Shown: piece after piece, positions 21,578-31,395 of the stretch
Layout of the letters: every line of letters starts with the position of its first letter
How positions within the stretch are numbered: the stretch's first letter is position 1
Source of the DNA: Candidatus Xenobia bacterium
GTDB taxonomy: Bacteria; Vulcanimicrobiota; Xenobia; Xenobiales; QWHO01
Reading direction: 5' to 3'
Assembly: GCA_045863235.1 (NCBI GenBank)
Contig: BTUM01000003.1
Coordinates: 152,861-216,860 of the forward strand
Length of the DNA: 64,000 nucleotides
Translations under genes and position numbers: made by a program
The notes under the pieces: model-generated
Databases searched by the model: none
Told to the model about the DNA's origin: nothing
What the model saw: only the letters and a program-made list of their open reading frames with translations

Positions 21578-21618
21578 GCTCAAGAAATCATCAAACTTGA
21601 AATTGACATGGCTTTGAG
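21578..21618. promoter_or_regulatory. AT-rich repeat tract, candidate KdpE box
   Basis: TCAA at 21580 and 21591 (11-bp period) plus TTGA repeats between kdp and the divergent gene. Confidence 0.4.
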
Positions 21619-21712
21619 ACAGATTCCCAGGTCCGTGATCGGTTCTTTACGGCTCCTGACTAAACTGAGGTGCATGATTTTCTCAGCCAGGCTGAGAGAA
21701 AAGGGGAACACC

Positions 21713-22480
21713 ATGCTGTTCAGGGCCATACTCATCGGGGGATTGCTGACTGCGGGGGCGTGGGCACAGAACGAGGAATCGACGACCCCGGAACGCCCTC
21801 CCCTGACCGTCGACCGGCCCAGCTTCGGCAACAGTGCGAACGTGGTGGGCGACGGCATCGTGCAGCTCGAGTCGGGCTTTCTCACCCAGAGCTTCAAGGA
21901 CGCCGGCTCGGTTCCGCTGTACAACTTCCCCCAGCGCTTGCGGGTGGGTCTGAGCGAGGACTTCGAGCTGCGCCTGGACACCAACTTCCTGAGCTTCCAG
22001 GGAGGCAACAGCGGGCTGGACGACTGGGCTCCTGGATTCAAGTACAACTTCGCCAGATCCGATGACTACAAGCTGTCGATTCTGGGCACCCTGGAGATCC
22101 CGTCGGCCACCAATCCCGCCTTCCGGAGCTCCCAGGTCAACGGTGGGCTGAGCCTGATCGGCGATTTCCCTCTGGACGAGCTGACTTACATCAACGTGAA
22201 CGGGGGGTTTCTGACCCCGGTTGACGCGCTCGGCAACCGGGCCGTGCAGCCCTTCGGCACGTTCTATGTGGGGCGCACGTTGAGCGACACGTCCAGCGGC
22301 TACGTCGAGTTCGCCCTCTTTGGCGAGGGCCCGGCCGGCTACCCGGCGGTCACCGCTGTGGACGGCGGTGTGAGCTTCACCCTCAGTCCCGACTGCGCGC
22401 TCGACTTTGCCGTCTTCAAGGGACTGTCGGGCGTGGGGCTGGACTGGGGCGGCACCATCGGCCTGACCAACCGATGGTAG
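21713..22480 (+). CDS. Outer-membrane beta-barrel transporter (MetA-pathway/SphA-like)
   Basis: Signal peptide; DRPSF..SANVV..G.VQLESG, LRVGLS..FELRL; ends in W. Confidence 0.75.
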   Translation: MLFRAILIGGLLTAGAWAQNEESTTPERPPLTVDRPSFGNSANVVGDGIVQLESGFLTQSFKDAGSVPLYNFPQRLRVGLSEDFELRLDTNFLSFQGGNSGLDDWAPGFKYNFARSDDYKLSILGTLEIPSATNPAFRSSQVNGGLSLIGDFPLDELTYINVNGGFLTPVDALGNRAVQPFGTFYVGRTLSDTSSGYVEFALFGEGPAGYPAVTAVDGGVSFTLSPDCALDFAVFKGLSGVGLDWGGTIGLTNRW

Positions 22481-22492
22481 CGATGCCCCATC

Positions 22493-22870
22493 TCAGCCAA
22501 AGCTCAGGTCAGGTATCCCCTCGAAATCGCGGACGTTGCGGGTCAAGAGCGGGGCATGACACCAGGCCGCCGTGGTTCCAATCGCGATGTCCGCGGCCCG
22601 GCGACGTGGAGAGCCAAGACTCCGGAAGGTATTGGCGGCTCGGAGAGCGAGCTCCTCACTGAAAGGCAACACTCCCTGCGAACCAAAGAAGGTGCGGGCC
22701 AGGGCCAGTTGGTGGGGAGTGCGAGGGCCCCGACAGAACTCGTACCAGGCGACGGCCGAGAGTTGCAGGTCACTGCCCGCATCCAACAGGTCAAAAACCT
22801 GGTCGCGCTCAGGCCCCGCGACCTCCACCGCATAGATCAAGAAATCTGTGTCCAGGTGATAAGACCTCAA
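22493..22870 (-). CDS. vapC: PIN-domain VapC toxin
   Basis: LDTDFLI, WYEF, ADIAIG, LLTRNVRDF..IPDL. Confidence 0.9.
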   Translation of the reverse strand: MRSYHLDTDFLIYAVEVAGPERDQVFDLLDAGSDLQLSAVAWYEFCRGPRTPHQLALARTFFGSQGVLPFSEELALRAANTFRSLGSPRRRAADIAIGTTAAWCHAPLLTRNVRDFEGIPDLSFG

Positions 22871-23121
22871 AAGCCTTCATCCTCCTCCTTGAGGCGGCGA
22901 ACTTCCTCGGCCGGGTCGTGGCCTTTGAAGGCCTCGATCAATTCCTCAAACCTGCGGCGGCGCTCGCGGCGAAGATGCGTCGGAGTCTCTGTGAGCTGGT
23001 CGCGATAGCCGACAATGGCCCGTCGGATCGCCTCCGAGGTGGATACATTCAGGCGAGTGGAAAGCTCGCGAGCCGCTCGGAGAGACTCTTCATCGAGCAT
23101 GACAGTCGTACGCTGATACAT
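22867..23121 (-). CDS. Ribbon-helix-helix (CopG-like) antitoxin
   Basis: RTTVMLDEE..STSEAIRRAI; overlaps the toxin start. Confidence 0.82.
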   Translation of the reverse strand: MYQRTTVMLDEESLRAARELSTRLNVSTSEAIRRAIVGYRDQLTETPTHLRRERRRRFEELIEAFKGHDPAEEVRRLKEEDEGF

Positions 23122-23126
23122 ATCTT

Positions 23127-23156
23127 ATGTTACGCACAGTGTGCCATCGGAGTCAA
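23127..23156 (-). promoter_or_regulatory. Sigma70-type promoter, probably giving a leaderless TA mRNA
   Basis: TTGACT-N18-TAACAT, 5 nt before ATG23121. Confidence 0.55.
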
Positions 23157-23195
23157 GCCTGGCTTCTCAGGCCGCCATTCCTGGCGCACCAATAG

Positions 23196-23221
23196 AAAAG
23201 GGCCGCGGCTTCCCGCGGCCC
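23196..23221 (-). terminator. Intrinsic terminator after the Gly-rich gene
   Basis: GGGCCGCGG/CCGCGGCCC stem plus T4 on the minus strand. Confidence 0.75.
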
Positions 23222-23244
23222 ATTTCGAATGGCAAGCGAGTGTC

Positions 23245-24765
23245 TTACTGGAAGGCCAGGCCCGCCAGACCGCTCTGCTGCACGGACGGTGCCAGCACCG
23301 GGCAGCGCCCGATGTTCTGCACGTTGGTGATGTCGACTCCGGGCGGAACGCCCGGAGGGGGATTCTGGGCCAGACGCTGGAGCACGGTCTGCATCTGCTG
23401 CTGGTTCGTGATGCCCGACTGGCCCAGGATACTTTGCTGGGTGGGAGCCTGGGTGCCAAAGTTGACCTGGTCGAGCGTCTGGATGAACGCCCGGCCCAGA
23501 GCCGAACCGTCGCGGGTGCCGTTGTCGGCCCCATCGGCGGCCAGCAGAGCCTGCAGGTCGCCGCGGTTGAGACCGGCGTCCAGCGAGTTCTGGCTGTTCA
23601 GGGTCCACTGGACCACCGAGCCGTCGTTCAGGCCATTGTCGAGCGTGTCGTGGCCCCAGAGACGCAGGACCGAGTTACTCATGCTACCCAGGCCGTTGTT
23701 CCCGGTAATCCGGTTCTCCATGTTGACCGGGCCCTGAGCATAGGTGATCGGACGATTGCCGTAGCGCTGGTTGAGGTCGACGCCCGTCTCGGCCTTGTAG
23801 ACTTCGAAGAAGGCTGCGTCGAGACCCTTGCCAGTCAGGCCGCCGTAAGTCTGCATCTCGTACTGGTAGATCCGCTTGGCCAGCTCGACCTCAGCCGGCT
23901 TGAAGCCGCTGGGGTTCTGCAGCACGTTGAGGATCACGCCACCGTCGTTCTTGCCGGCCGAGGTAACCTGAATACCGTAAAGGTGCACGGCCGCACGCTG
24001 GGCATCGCTCAGGCCGCTGACCTGCTGGCGCTGCTGAGAGTTGAGGTCCTGATAGCGGAAGTTCGGTCCGGGGGCCTGGCCCACTCCGCCACCGCCACCA
24101 ACGCCACCGCCGCCGTAGCCGCCACCAGCGCCACCAGCGCCACCAGCGCCGCCAGCGCCACCAGCACCGCCGGCACCACCGACACCGCCGCCGCCGTAGG
24201 CGCCACCGCCGCCACCGACGCCGCCACCGCCGTAACCACCGCCACCGTTGCCGCCGACGGGTCCAGGCCGCATACTGCCGGCCGTCAAGCCGCCGCCGCC
24301 ACCGTAAGCTCCACCGGCCCGACCGGCGCCGCCAGCGTTGCCAGCGTTGCCCGCATTCCCGGCGTTGCCCGCATTCCCGGCGTTGCCGGCGTTCCCGGCG
24401 TTGCCCGCGTTCCCGGCGTTGCCCGCGTTCCCGGCGTTGCCCGCGTTCCCGGCGTTGCCCGCGTTCCCGGCATTGCCGGCGTTACCCGCGCCACCGATGC
24501 CACCCTGGCCGCCTTGACCGGCAAAGCCACGGTAGCCCGAGTTTAACTGCTGCAAAGCAGCCAGCAGCATTTGAATCATCTGCTGGAACTGCATCAACAT
24601 GGCTGGATTCTGCTGCATCGAAGCCAGCGGATTTTGAGAGAGAGGGTTGTTGAACAGGCCGGTTGGACCTGCAGACGGGAAAAATTGATTGCCGTAGGGC
24701 GAAATGCCGCCCGGTGAACCGTACTGGGGAAAACCTCCCCCGGGAATGAAACCACCGTAGGCCAT
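23245..24765 (-). CDS. Gly/Gln-rich repeat protein, harpin-like composition
   Basis: GGAGGAG RBS; (GNA)17, poly-G/A linker, C-terminal globular region; a single Cys. Confidence 0.75.
   Translation of the reverse strand: MAYGGFIPGGGFPQYGSPGGISPYGNQFFPSAGPTGLFNNPLSQNPLASMQQNPAMLMQFQQMIQMLLAALQQLNSGYRGFAGQGGQGGIGGAGNAGNAGNAGNAGNAGNAGNAGNAGNAGNAGNAGNAGNAGNAGNAGNAGNAGGAGRAGGAYGGGGGLTAGSMRPGPVGGNGGGGYGGGGVGGGGGAYGGGGVGGAGGAGGAGGAGGAGGAGGGYGGGGVGGGGGVGQAPGPNFRYQDLNSQQRQQVSGLSDAQRAAVHLYGIQVTSAGKNDGGVILNVLQNPSGFKPAEVELAKRIYQYEMQTYGGLTGKGLDAAFFEVYKAETGVDLNQRYGNRPITYAQGPVNMENRITGNNGLGSMSNSVLRLWGHDTLDNGLNDGSVVQWTLNSQNSLDAGLNRGDLQALLAADGADNGTRDGSALGRAFIQTLDQVNFGTQAPTQQSILGQSGITNQQQMQTVLQRLAQNPPPGVPPGVDITNVQNIGRCPVLAPSVQQSGLAGLAFQ
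24334..24486. repeat. 9-bp tandem repeat x17 (18-bp higher-order unit) encoding Gly-Asn-Ala
   Basis: cccggcgttgcccgcgtt reiterated. Confidence 0.95.
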
Positions 24766-25049
24766 CAGTGCTCCTCCTCTGATCCGGTTTTCACACGCGA
24801 GCGGGGCGTTTCTGCCCGAAAGACAAAACCCTTGCCGACACCCGGCATATCCATCTTATCACACGGTCTGGCGCAGAGTTTAGAAACGGAAAGTTAAACA
24901 ATTGTTAACACGGTAAATTTTTGCCGCCGGCACCAGCCCGGGATGTCGTAACAACAGGGTTTTAGCCACGCCAGGCCCAGATTCCTGCCGAACAGAGGGG
25001 CTTCGCGCCGCCCGGCAGGGGCCACCACCTCCGCCAGGAAGCCCCCCGC

Positions 25050-25398
25050 ATGCCTCCCATCACCTTTCGCAATGTCGCCCGCTACGTTCAGGACGTGGAG
25101 GCCAATCTCCCACTCTACCAGGCTCTGGGCTTCGAAGTCGGGGCGGGACATGGCCATCCTGAAGAATGAAGAGGGCCTCCAGCTGGTGCTGCACTCCTGG
25201 ACAGACCACCAGGCAGCCAGCCTGGACACCGCGCTGGGCTTCACCATCACCGGGTCGGTCGAGGAGGCGCGCGCCTATGTCGAGCAAGCCGGCTTCATCT
25301 GCCTGCGCGAGCCACAAGCAGACGATGCCGGTTTCTTCTACATCTACGGCGACAAAGACAAGAACCCGATCAACCTGGTCGGACGGCCCCGCAAGTAA
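25050..25398 (+). pseudogene. VOC/glyoxalase family protein, frameshift near 25145
   Basis: MPPITFRNVARYVQDVEANLPLYQALGFEV in one frame; DMAILK..GDKDKNPINLV in the next. Confidence 0.65.
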
Positions 25399-25448
25399 GA
25401 TAACATCGGGGTAACCCGGGCGAGGCGTCGAGGCGCTACCATCGCGCC

Positions 25449-26345
25449 ATGCAGATAGCCAGCCCGACGCCGCCCTGTCGGCCCTCCTCGCGTCTTGTGA
25501 CGGCCTCACCCGTCCTGGCTGGCGGCGCTCCTTTACTCGACTGGCGACCCCCCAGCCGGCTGGAGCTGAGCCCGACCAGGCCTCCGAGCATGCGCGAGAC
25601 CCTGGAGCGCATCCTGACCCGACCCGCCGACCCCGCCCAACTGGATCTGGTGGCCCGCAGCCTGCAACCTTTCGGGGCCGATGTCATCGAACGGCTGGCC
25701 AACCACGGGTTGCGCCTGGAGCTTGGCCAGGATGGTTATCCCCATTACGATACCAGCGCCAGAACCCTCGTGCTCGACCGCGACACCCTCTCCCGCGAGA
25801 CCGACCCGCCCCTGCGCAGCTACGCCATCTTGCACGAGTTTGCCCACGCCCTGGACTTTCTCTGGGAAGCCGAAGGCCCGCCCCTCAGTCAACGCCCCGA
25901 CCTGGGCATCGATGCCCACCGGCGCCGGATGGGCCAGGCTTACGACGGCCTGATGCAAGACTACAATCGGCGCAAGCAGCAACTCGAGCGCGAAGGAAAG
26001 TGGCGCCCCCGGACACCACCTTTCCCGGTGGCCCGGGTCTACTACGAGGACTACATCACCGGAGTCGAACGCGTGGCCGGGAGGCAACTGGCCGAGCGAC
26101 CGGCCCGGGGCCACCTGGACACGCTGAGCCCGGACAAGCATCCCACCGAGTACTTCGCCGATACCCTGTACTGCTATCTCCACCAGGACGCGCTCAAGAC
26201 CTACCGCTATACTCTTCCTGACGGCCAGACGATCGACCATCCCTTCCCGCCCAACCGTGAGCTGCTGCGACGCCGTGACCCCCGCATGCACGACTGCGTG
26301 GAACGCTTCTTCCAGGCCAAGCAGTGGAGACCCGTGCAGGCCTGA
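25449..26345 (+). CDS. Zincin metalloprotease (lethal-factor/ATLF-like)
   Basis: ILHEFAHALD and downstream EYFAD. Confidence 0.7.
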   Translation: MQIASPTPPCRPSSRLVTASPVLAGGAPLLDWRPPSRLELSPTRPPSMRETLERILTRPADPAQLDLVARSLQPFGADVIERLANHGLRLELGQDGYPHYDTSARTLVLDRDTLSRETDPPLRSYAILHEFAHALDFLWEAEGPPLSQRPDLGIDAHRRRMGQAYDGLMQDYNRRKQQLEREGKWRPRTPPFPVARVYYEDYITGVERVAGRQLAERPARGHLDTLSPDKHPTEYFADTLYCYLHQDALKTYRYTLPDGQTIDHPFPPNRELLRRRDPRMHDCVERFFQAKQWRPVQA

Positions 26346-26517
26346 TCGGAGGACTCCAGCCTCGGTCGGTCGATCCTCCCACACCTGGTTCTCATTGCCA
26401 CAGCAATCATCATCAAATCTTCATGATTCTCTCATCGAATCAAGGCTATGGGCCCTGGACAATCCGCCCTCCCTCGCTGAGAACCAGAGTAAACCCATTG
26501 AGAGAAGGAGCCCACCG

Positions 26518-26769
26518 ATGATCGGAGGCGCAGGCACCGGAGCCGCCAACGCGGCAGCCCAGCAACAGATGGTCCACGCTGACAAGGACCAGGCCCACAC
26601 CATTCAAGCCCAGATGCAGGCCGACGCTCAAAAGCAGCAGGCCGAGCGCTGGAAGATCTTGCGCGAGACCCAGACCAAGATCTTCGAGATCCAGCAAGAC
26701 GTTACCGTCAATCAGGCCAAGGCCCAGGACAAAGCTTTCAACAAGTGGAGCGACTACATCAAGGCCTGA
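26518..26769 (+). CDS. Small Gln/Ala-rich helical protein (83 aa)
   Basis: AAGGAG RBS; strong GC3 bias; coiled-coil-like. Confidence 0.7.
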   Translation: MIGGAGTGAANAAAQQQMVHADKDQAHTIQAQMQADAQKQQAERWKILRETQTKIFEIQQDVTVNQAKAQDKAFNKWSDYIKA

Positions 26770-27073
26770 GCTGCCAGAGGATCACTGTTTCGGCTCCCAG
26801 CCGGGCCGCGGTCACATACTCGCAAACCGCCCCTTCCTCAAACCCGAATCGTCGAGCCAGCTCGCTCACGAACGCACCCCAGCCGTTGACTTTGGACTCC
26901 ACCTCCAGCAGCGTGCCATGGGGACCGCTCAGCTCGAGCACAATCCAGGGCATCGTCCTGGCCTCCACCATTCTGATCTGGATCCGCACCAGTTGACCCA
27001 GTGGAACGCTGACTGGCGCCATCGGTGGGGCGGTCAACCGGGCCTGATCCTGGTGGATCTCGATTCGATCCAC
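26759..27073 (-). CDS. Hypothetical protein
   Basis: Directly follows gatA on the same strand. Confidence 0.55.
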   Translation of the reverse strand: MDRIEIHQDQARLTAPPMAPVSVPLGQLVRIQIRMVEARTMPWIVLELSGPHGTLLEVESKVNGWGAFVSELARRFGFEEGAVCEYVTAARLGAETVILWQLRP

Positions 27074-27074
27074 G

Positions 27075-28514
27075 CTAGGAGACCGAGGTCAGTTCCGGTC
27101 GCCTCAGATGGAAGTCGGTGGCTTGCTGGAAGGCATGTCCGGCCGCGAGCAGCCGGCCCTCATCGAAGGCCCGACCGATCAGCTGCAGCCCGGTGGGAAG
27201 CCCCTCCACGGGAGAGCTGGGCACCACCAGTCCGGGCAGGCCCACCAGGTTGAGGGCCACGGTATAGATGTCCGAGAGGTACATCTCCAACGGGTCGGAG
27301 GACTTTTCGCCGATCTTGAAGGCGGTGCTCGGGGTGGTGGGCATCACGATCAGGTCAACCTCCTGGAAGGCCTTCTCGAAATCGCGACTCAGCACGGTAC
27401 GAACCTTCTGAGCCTTGAGATAGTAGGCGTCGTAATAGCCGGCCGAGAGCACGTAGGTACCCACCATGATGCGCCGCTTCACTTCGGCCCCGAAGCCACG
27501 CGAGCGGCTGCGCTTGAACATGGTCAGCACGTCGCCGGCCTCGGGTGCCCGGAAGCCGTAGCGAGTGCCGTCATAGCGCGCCAGATTGCTGGAGGCCTCG
27601 GCGGGCGCCACAATGTAGTAGGCCGGCAGGGCCGCGCCCAGGTTGGGCAGGTCCACGGTCACCAGGCTGGCCCCCAATCCCACCAGCACCTGGCAGGCCT
27701 CCTCGAAGACCCTGGCCATGGGAGCAGCCAGGTCGGCCAGGAAGCCGCGCGGGACGCCGAGCTTGAGCCCCCTCACCCCCGACTCGAGCAGCGAGGTGTA
27801 AGCTGCCACCGGCTCCACCGAGGAGGTGGTATCCAGCGGGTCGGGGCCGGCCAGCACCTCCAGCGCCAGCGCACAATCGCGAGCGCTTCGAGCCATGGGG
27901 CCGATCTGATCGAGCGAAGAGGCGAAGGCCACCAGACCGTAGCGGGAGATCCGCCCGTAGGTCGGCTTCAGCCCGGTCACACCGCAGAAGGCGGCCGGCT
28001 GGCGGATGGAGCCCCCGGTGTCCGAGCCCAGTGCCAGAGGAGCCATTCCAGCCGCAACCGCAGCCGCTGATCCCCCGCTCGAGCCCCCCGGAACGCGCGA
28101 GACATCCCAGGGGTTGCGGGTGACCTGATAAGCCGAATTCTCAGTCGAGGAGCCCATGGCGAACTCGTCCAGGTTGGTCTTGCCCAGCACCACCGCCCCG
28201 GCCGACTGCAGGCGAGCCACTGCGGTGGCCTCATAGGGAGGCACGAAGTTCTCCAGAATGCGCGAGCCACAGGTGGTGGGCTGACCCCGGGTGCACATGT
28301 TGTCCTTGACGGCCACCGGTAGACCGGCCAGAGGCCCGCTCCGATGGCCTGCGTCGACAGCCCGCGCCTGCTCGCGGGCCGAGTCGGCAAAAACGTGCAA
28401 GAAGGCGCCCAGCTCACCATCCAGCGCAGCGATTCGTGCCAGGGCTGCTTCGGTCGCCTCCAGCGCGCTCAGCTCGCGCGCGGCGATGCGGGCCAACAGC
28501 TCGGAGGCGGTCAA
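27075..28514 (-). CDS. gatA: Asp/Glu-tRNA amidotransferase subunit A
   Basis: [50 protein letters not shown]. Confidence 0.97.
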   Translation of the reverse strand: MTASELLARIAARELSALEATEAALARIAALDGELGAFLHVFADSAREQARAVDAGHRSGPLAGLPVAVKDNMCTRGQPTTCGSRILENFVPPYEATAVARLQSAGAVVLGKTNLDEFAMGSSTENSAYQVTRNPWDVSRVPGGSSGGSAAAVAAGMAPLALGSDTGGSIRQPAAFCGVTGLKPTYGRISRYGLVAFASSLDQIGPMARSARDCALALEVLAGPDPLDTTSSVEPVAAYTSLLESGVRGLKLGVPRGFLADLAAPMARVFEEACQVLVGLGASLVTVDLPNLGAALPAYYIVAPAEASSNLARYDGTRYGFRAPEAGDVLTMFKRSRSRGFGAEVKRRIMVGTYVLSAGYYDAYYLKAQKVRTVLSRDFEKAFQEVDLIVMPTTPSTAFKIGEKSSDPLEMYLSDIYTVALNLVGLPGLVVPSSPVEGLPTGLQLIGRAFDEGRLLAAGHAFQQATDFHLRRPELTSVS

Positions 28515-28822
28515 CTCTCCTCCAGAATGCGAGGAATGCGAAACTGTCCCGCTTCCTGGTCGGGCGCGTTCCTCAGCACCAGGTCGGGTCCCAGGGCCGG
28601 GCGAGAGACATCCTCACGCAGCACGTCGTGGCGGGCGAAGACTGCCAGCAGTGGCTCCACGCCTTCGGTATCCACCGTCGAGAGCTGCTCGACGTAGGTT
28701 AGAATCTCCCCCAGCTGGCGTCCGAAAGACTCGCGCTCAGCAACCGTGATCTCCAGGCGAGCCAGGTGAGCGACGTGGTCGACCTCCGGGCCGGTCAGCT
28801 CTCTCACGAATACTCGCCCCAC
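28511..28822 (-). CDS. gatC: Asp/Glu-tRNA amidotransferase subunit C
   Basis: [28 protein letters not shown]. Confidence 0.93.
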   Translation of the reverse strand: MGRVFVRELTGPEVDHVAHLARLEITVAERESFGRQLGEILTYVEQLSTVDTEGVEPLLAVFARHDVLREDVSRPALGPDLVLRNAPDQEAGQFRIPRILEES

Positions 28823-29484
28823 TCCTCGGCCCAGGTCTCACGATCGAGCTTGAGCTGGTCGTGGGTGGCCAGATGCTCGAGCTTCTGACGGCTCTGCTGC
28901 AGCTCGAGCTCATAATCGTAGACGGCCGGGAACTTCTTCACCCCGTCTCGCCGACGGGTGAAGAAGGCCACCAGGGCGTCGTCAAAGCGAGCATTCACAG
29001 CGTGGCGGGCCAGTCGGGTAGCCAGACGGAAGAAGTTCTGGAACGACACGTAGGACATGTCGGCACCCAGGAAGGACTTGTAGTTCACCGTGGCCGAGTC
29101 CATCCGGAAAGGCTGGTCGTGGTTCTTGATGTAAACGTCCAGCAGGTAGATCTCTCGAACCTGGCGAGTCTTGCGCTCCTCATTCTCGGTTGCTTTGCCG
29201 GTTAGCTTGCCAAACATCTGACGCATGGCCCCTTTGGGCCCGCTGACATCGGTGGCCGCCTCCTCGATCAAGCCCAACGCCATCAGCTCGATCTGCTCCC
29301 AGGGAAACTCGATCAACTCCTGGTCGGCCAGAAAAAACTGCAGGGTCTGGTCGGTCACTTTGCCCACCTTGACCCGCTTGGGCAGCGGCGTGGAGCGCCC
29401 GTGCACGGGATGGCGTTGCTCGTGCACCTCGTGCTCGATGATGTCGGGCTCGAGCCCGCGCACTTCGTCAGCTTGTGGATCCAA
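28804..29484 (-). CDS. Conserved-looking hypothetical protein
   Basis: Operonic position and codon bias; no family recognised. Confidence 0.7.
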   Translation of the reverse strand: MDPQADEVRGLEPDIIEHEVHEQRHPVHGRSTPLPKRVKVGKVTDQTLQFFLADQELIEFPWEQIELMALGLIEEAATDVSGPKGAMRQMFGKLTGKATENEERKTRQVREIYLLDVYIKNHDQPFRMDSATVNYKSFLGADMSYVSFQNFFRLATRLARHAVNARFDDALVAFFTRRRDGVKKFPAVYDYELELQQSRQKLEHLATHDQLKLDRETWAEEWGEYS

Positions 29485-29496
29485 AGCGAGCCTCCC

Positions 29497-30630
29497 TTAA
29501 GACCCTTCGTAGCGAGAGTCTCCCGAGCCGGTAATGGTGGTGGGAAGCTGCTTGAGCTTCAAACGCATGTCGTTGGCATTATCGGAGTAGCGCATGGCAT
29601 CTTCGGCGCTGATCCGTCCCGCTTTAAAAAGCTCGAGCAAGGACAGGTCGAAGCTCTGCATCCCCTCGGGATGGAATGCGTCCAGCTCGCGCTTCATCTG
29701 ACGCAACTGACCGTCGCGCAAGAGCTCGGCCATACGGGCGTTACCGACCATGATCTCCACCGCCGGCACGCGGTGGCCGTCCAGGGCCGGCACCAGTCGC
29801 TGGGCGATGATGCCTCGGATGTTCAAAGAAAGCTGCTGCAAAATGGGAGCCTGCATCTCTTCGGGGAAGAACTGCAACACGCGCTCCACCGTCTGGCTGG
29901 CGTTGTTGGCGTGCAGGGTGGAGAGCACGAGGTGACCGGTCTCGGCGAAGTAAACGGCCGACTTCACCGATTCGGGGTCGCGCATCTCACCCACGAGCAA
30001 CACGTCGGGAGCCTGTCGCAGGGCGCTCTCCAGTGCGTGGGTGAAGGAAACCGTGTCGGTACCGACCTCGCGCTGGCTGACGATGCAGGCCTCTTCATCG
30101 TGGTGAACGTACTCGACCGGGTCCTCAATGGTGACGATGTGGCCGGGAGCATGCTCCTTGCGGTATTTGATCATCGAGGCCAGGGTGGTGGACTTTCCCG
30201 AGCCCGTGGGGCCGGTCACCAGCACCAGACCGCGCTTTTGCATGGCCAGGTTCTTGAGCACCTCGGGCAGCCCCAGGTCCTCGAAGCTCAGAATGTTCTC
30301 CTGCACGCGCCGCAGCACCATGGCTACCGTGCCCTGCTGGCGATAGGCGTTGACGCGGAAACGTCCCACCTTCTCGAGGAAGTAGACGAAGTTGGCGTCG
30401 TTACCCTCGATCTCGAACTTCTCTTTCTGGTGCTGGGGCATGATCGTCAGAGCCATATGCTCGGTCATCATCGGCGTCAGCGGCTCGGTTTCAATCGGCA
30501 CCACCACGCCCTCGATGCGCAGCATCGGTGTCTTGCCCGCTTTGATGTAGACGTCGGAGGCTTGCTCGCGCTCGGAAACCGTCAATACCTGGTCTAGAAG
30601 TCCGTGCAGACTCTCAATCTCGAGGTTCAT
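29497..30630 (-). CDS. PilT/PilU type IV pilus retraction ATPase
   Basis: GPTGSGKST, TIEDPVE, LRQAPDVLLVGEMRD, STLHAN. Confidence 0.93.
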   Translation of the reverse strand: MNLEIESLHGLLDQVLTVSEREQASDVYIKAGKTPMLRIEGVVVPIETEPLTPMMTEHMALTIMPQHQKEKFEIEGNDANFVYFLEKVGRFRVNAYRQQGTVAMVLRRVQENILSFEDLGLPEVLKNLAMQKRGLVLVTGPTGSGKSTTLASMIKYRKEHAPGHIVTIEDPVEYVHHDEEACIVSQREVGTDTVSFTHALESALRQAPDVLLVGEMRDPESVKSAVYFAETGHLVLSTLHANNASQTVERVLQFFPEEMQAPILQQLSLNIRGIIAQRLVPALDGHRVPAVEIMVGNARMAELLRDGQLRQMKRELDAFHPEGMQSFDLSLLELFKAGRISAEDAMRYSDNANDMRLKLKQLPTTITGSGDSRYEGS

Positions 30631-30759
30631 GTGTTCCCCTTCTAATCAGTTGAGCTGAAGGCTCTGCCTCCCCTTCGGGGTGGCGGCACAACCTCCATCA
30701 CTTCACTTTCTACGCTTGAGCATTCCAGCTGAGTCTCTGCGTCAGACGCCCCAGGCCGC

Positions 30760-31392
30760 TCAGCGTCCCCTGGATCCTTCCGCCGGGCCAGCCCCGGCAT
30801 GGAACGGAATTTCCCTACCATTTAGCAAGCGCTGGATATTCTCCTTGTGCCGGTAGAAGGCAAAAACGGCCGAGGCCACCCCGAAGGCGATATAGACCGG
30901 ATGGTCCTTGTAGATGAACATGAGCACGGGGGCGGTGGCCGAGGCTGCCAGCGAGCCGACCGAGCTGTAGTGAGTCAGGGCCACCAGGCCGATCCAGAGG
31001 AGCAGCACCAGGACGGCCACCTTGGGTGAGAGGGCCAGCAACACCCCGAACCCGGTGGCGATGCCCTTGCCTCCCTTGAACTTGAGGAAAGGCGAGTAAT
31101 TGTGGCCCACGATGGCGGCAAACCCGTAGATCACCTTGACAACCGGCAGGGTAAAGTCGGGAAGCAGCGCAAAATAAGCCAGGAAGACAGCCGCAAGCCC
31201 TTTGAGCGCATCCAGCCCCAGTACCGTCAGCCCTCCCTTCAGACCAAGGGCCCGGTAAGCATTCATCGCCCCGGTATTGCCCGAGCCAACCTTGCGCAGG
31301 TCAATCTTCTTCGCGCGGCGCGCGACGATGACCCCCGAGGGGATGGAGCCGATCAGGTAGCAGACCAGAATCAGAAACAGTGCCCAGAACAA
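30760..31392 (-). CDS. plsY: Glycerol-3-phosphate acyltransferase PlsY
   Basis: YLIGSIP, GSGNTGA, GH..FKGGKGIAT, HKENIQRL. Confidence 0.95.
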   Translation of the reverse strand: MFWALFLILVCYLIGSIPSGVIVARRAKKIDLRKVGSGNTGAMNAYRALGLKGGLTVLGLDALKGLAAVFLAYFALLPDFTLPVVKVIYGFAAIVGHNYSPFLKFKGGKGIATGFGVLLALSPKVAVLVLLLWIGLVALTHYSSVGSLAASATAPVLMFIYKDHPVYIAFGVASAVFAFYRHKENIQRLLNGREIPFHAGAGPAEGSRGR

Positions 31393-31395
31393 GCC

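Noticed and set aside
23108..23135. dif-like site (TTATGTTAC arm)
   Set aside because: Left arm and spacer fit poorly; explained by the antitoxin start codon and -10 box
24334..24486. Repeat array as CRISPR
   Set aside because: No spacers, in-frame coding repeat, no cas genes
24790..24885. Riboswitch or sigma28 promoter upstream of the Gly-rich gene
   Set aside because: Only one imperfect hairpin; TAAA-N15-TGTGATAA matches the sigma28 -10 at just 5/8
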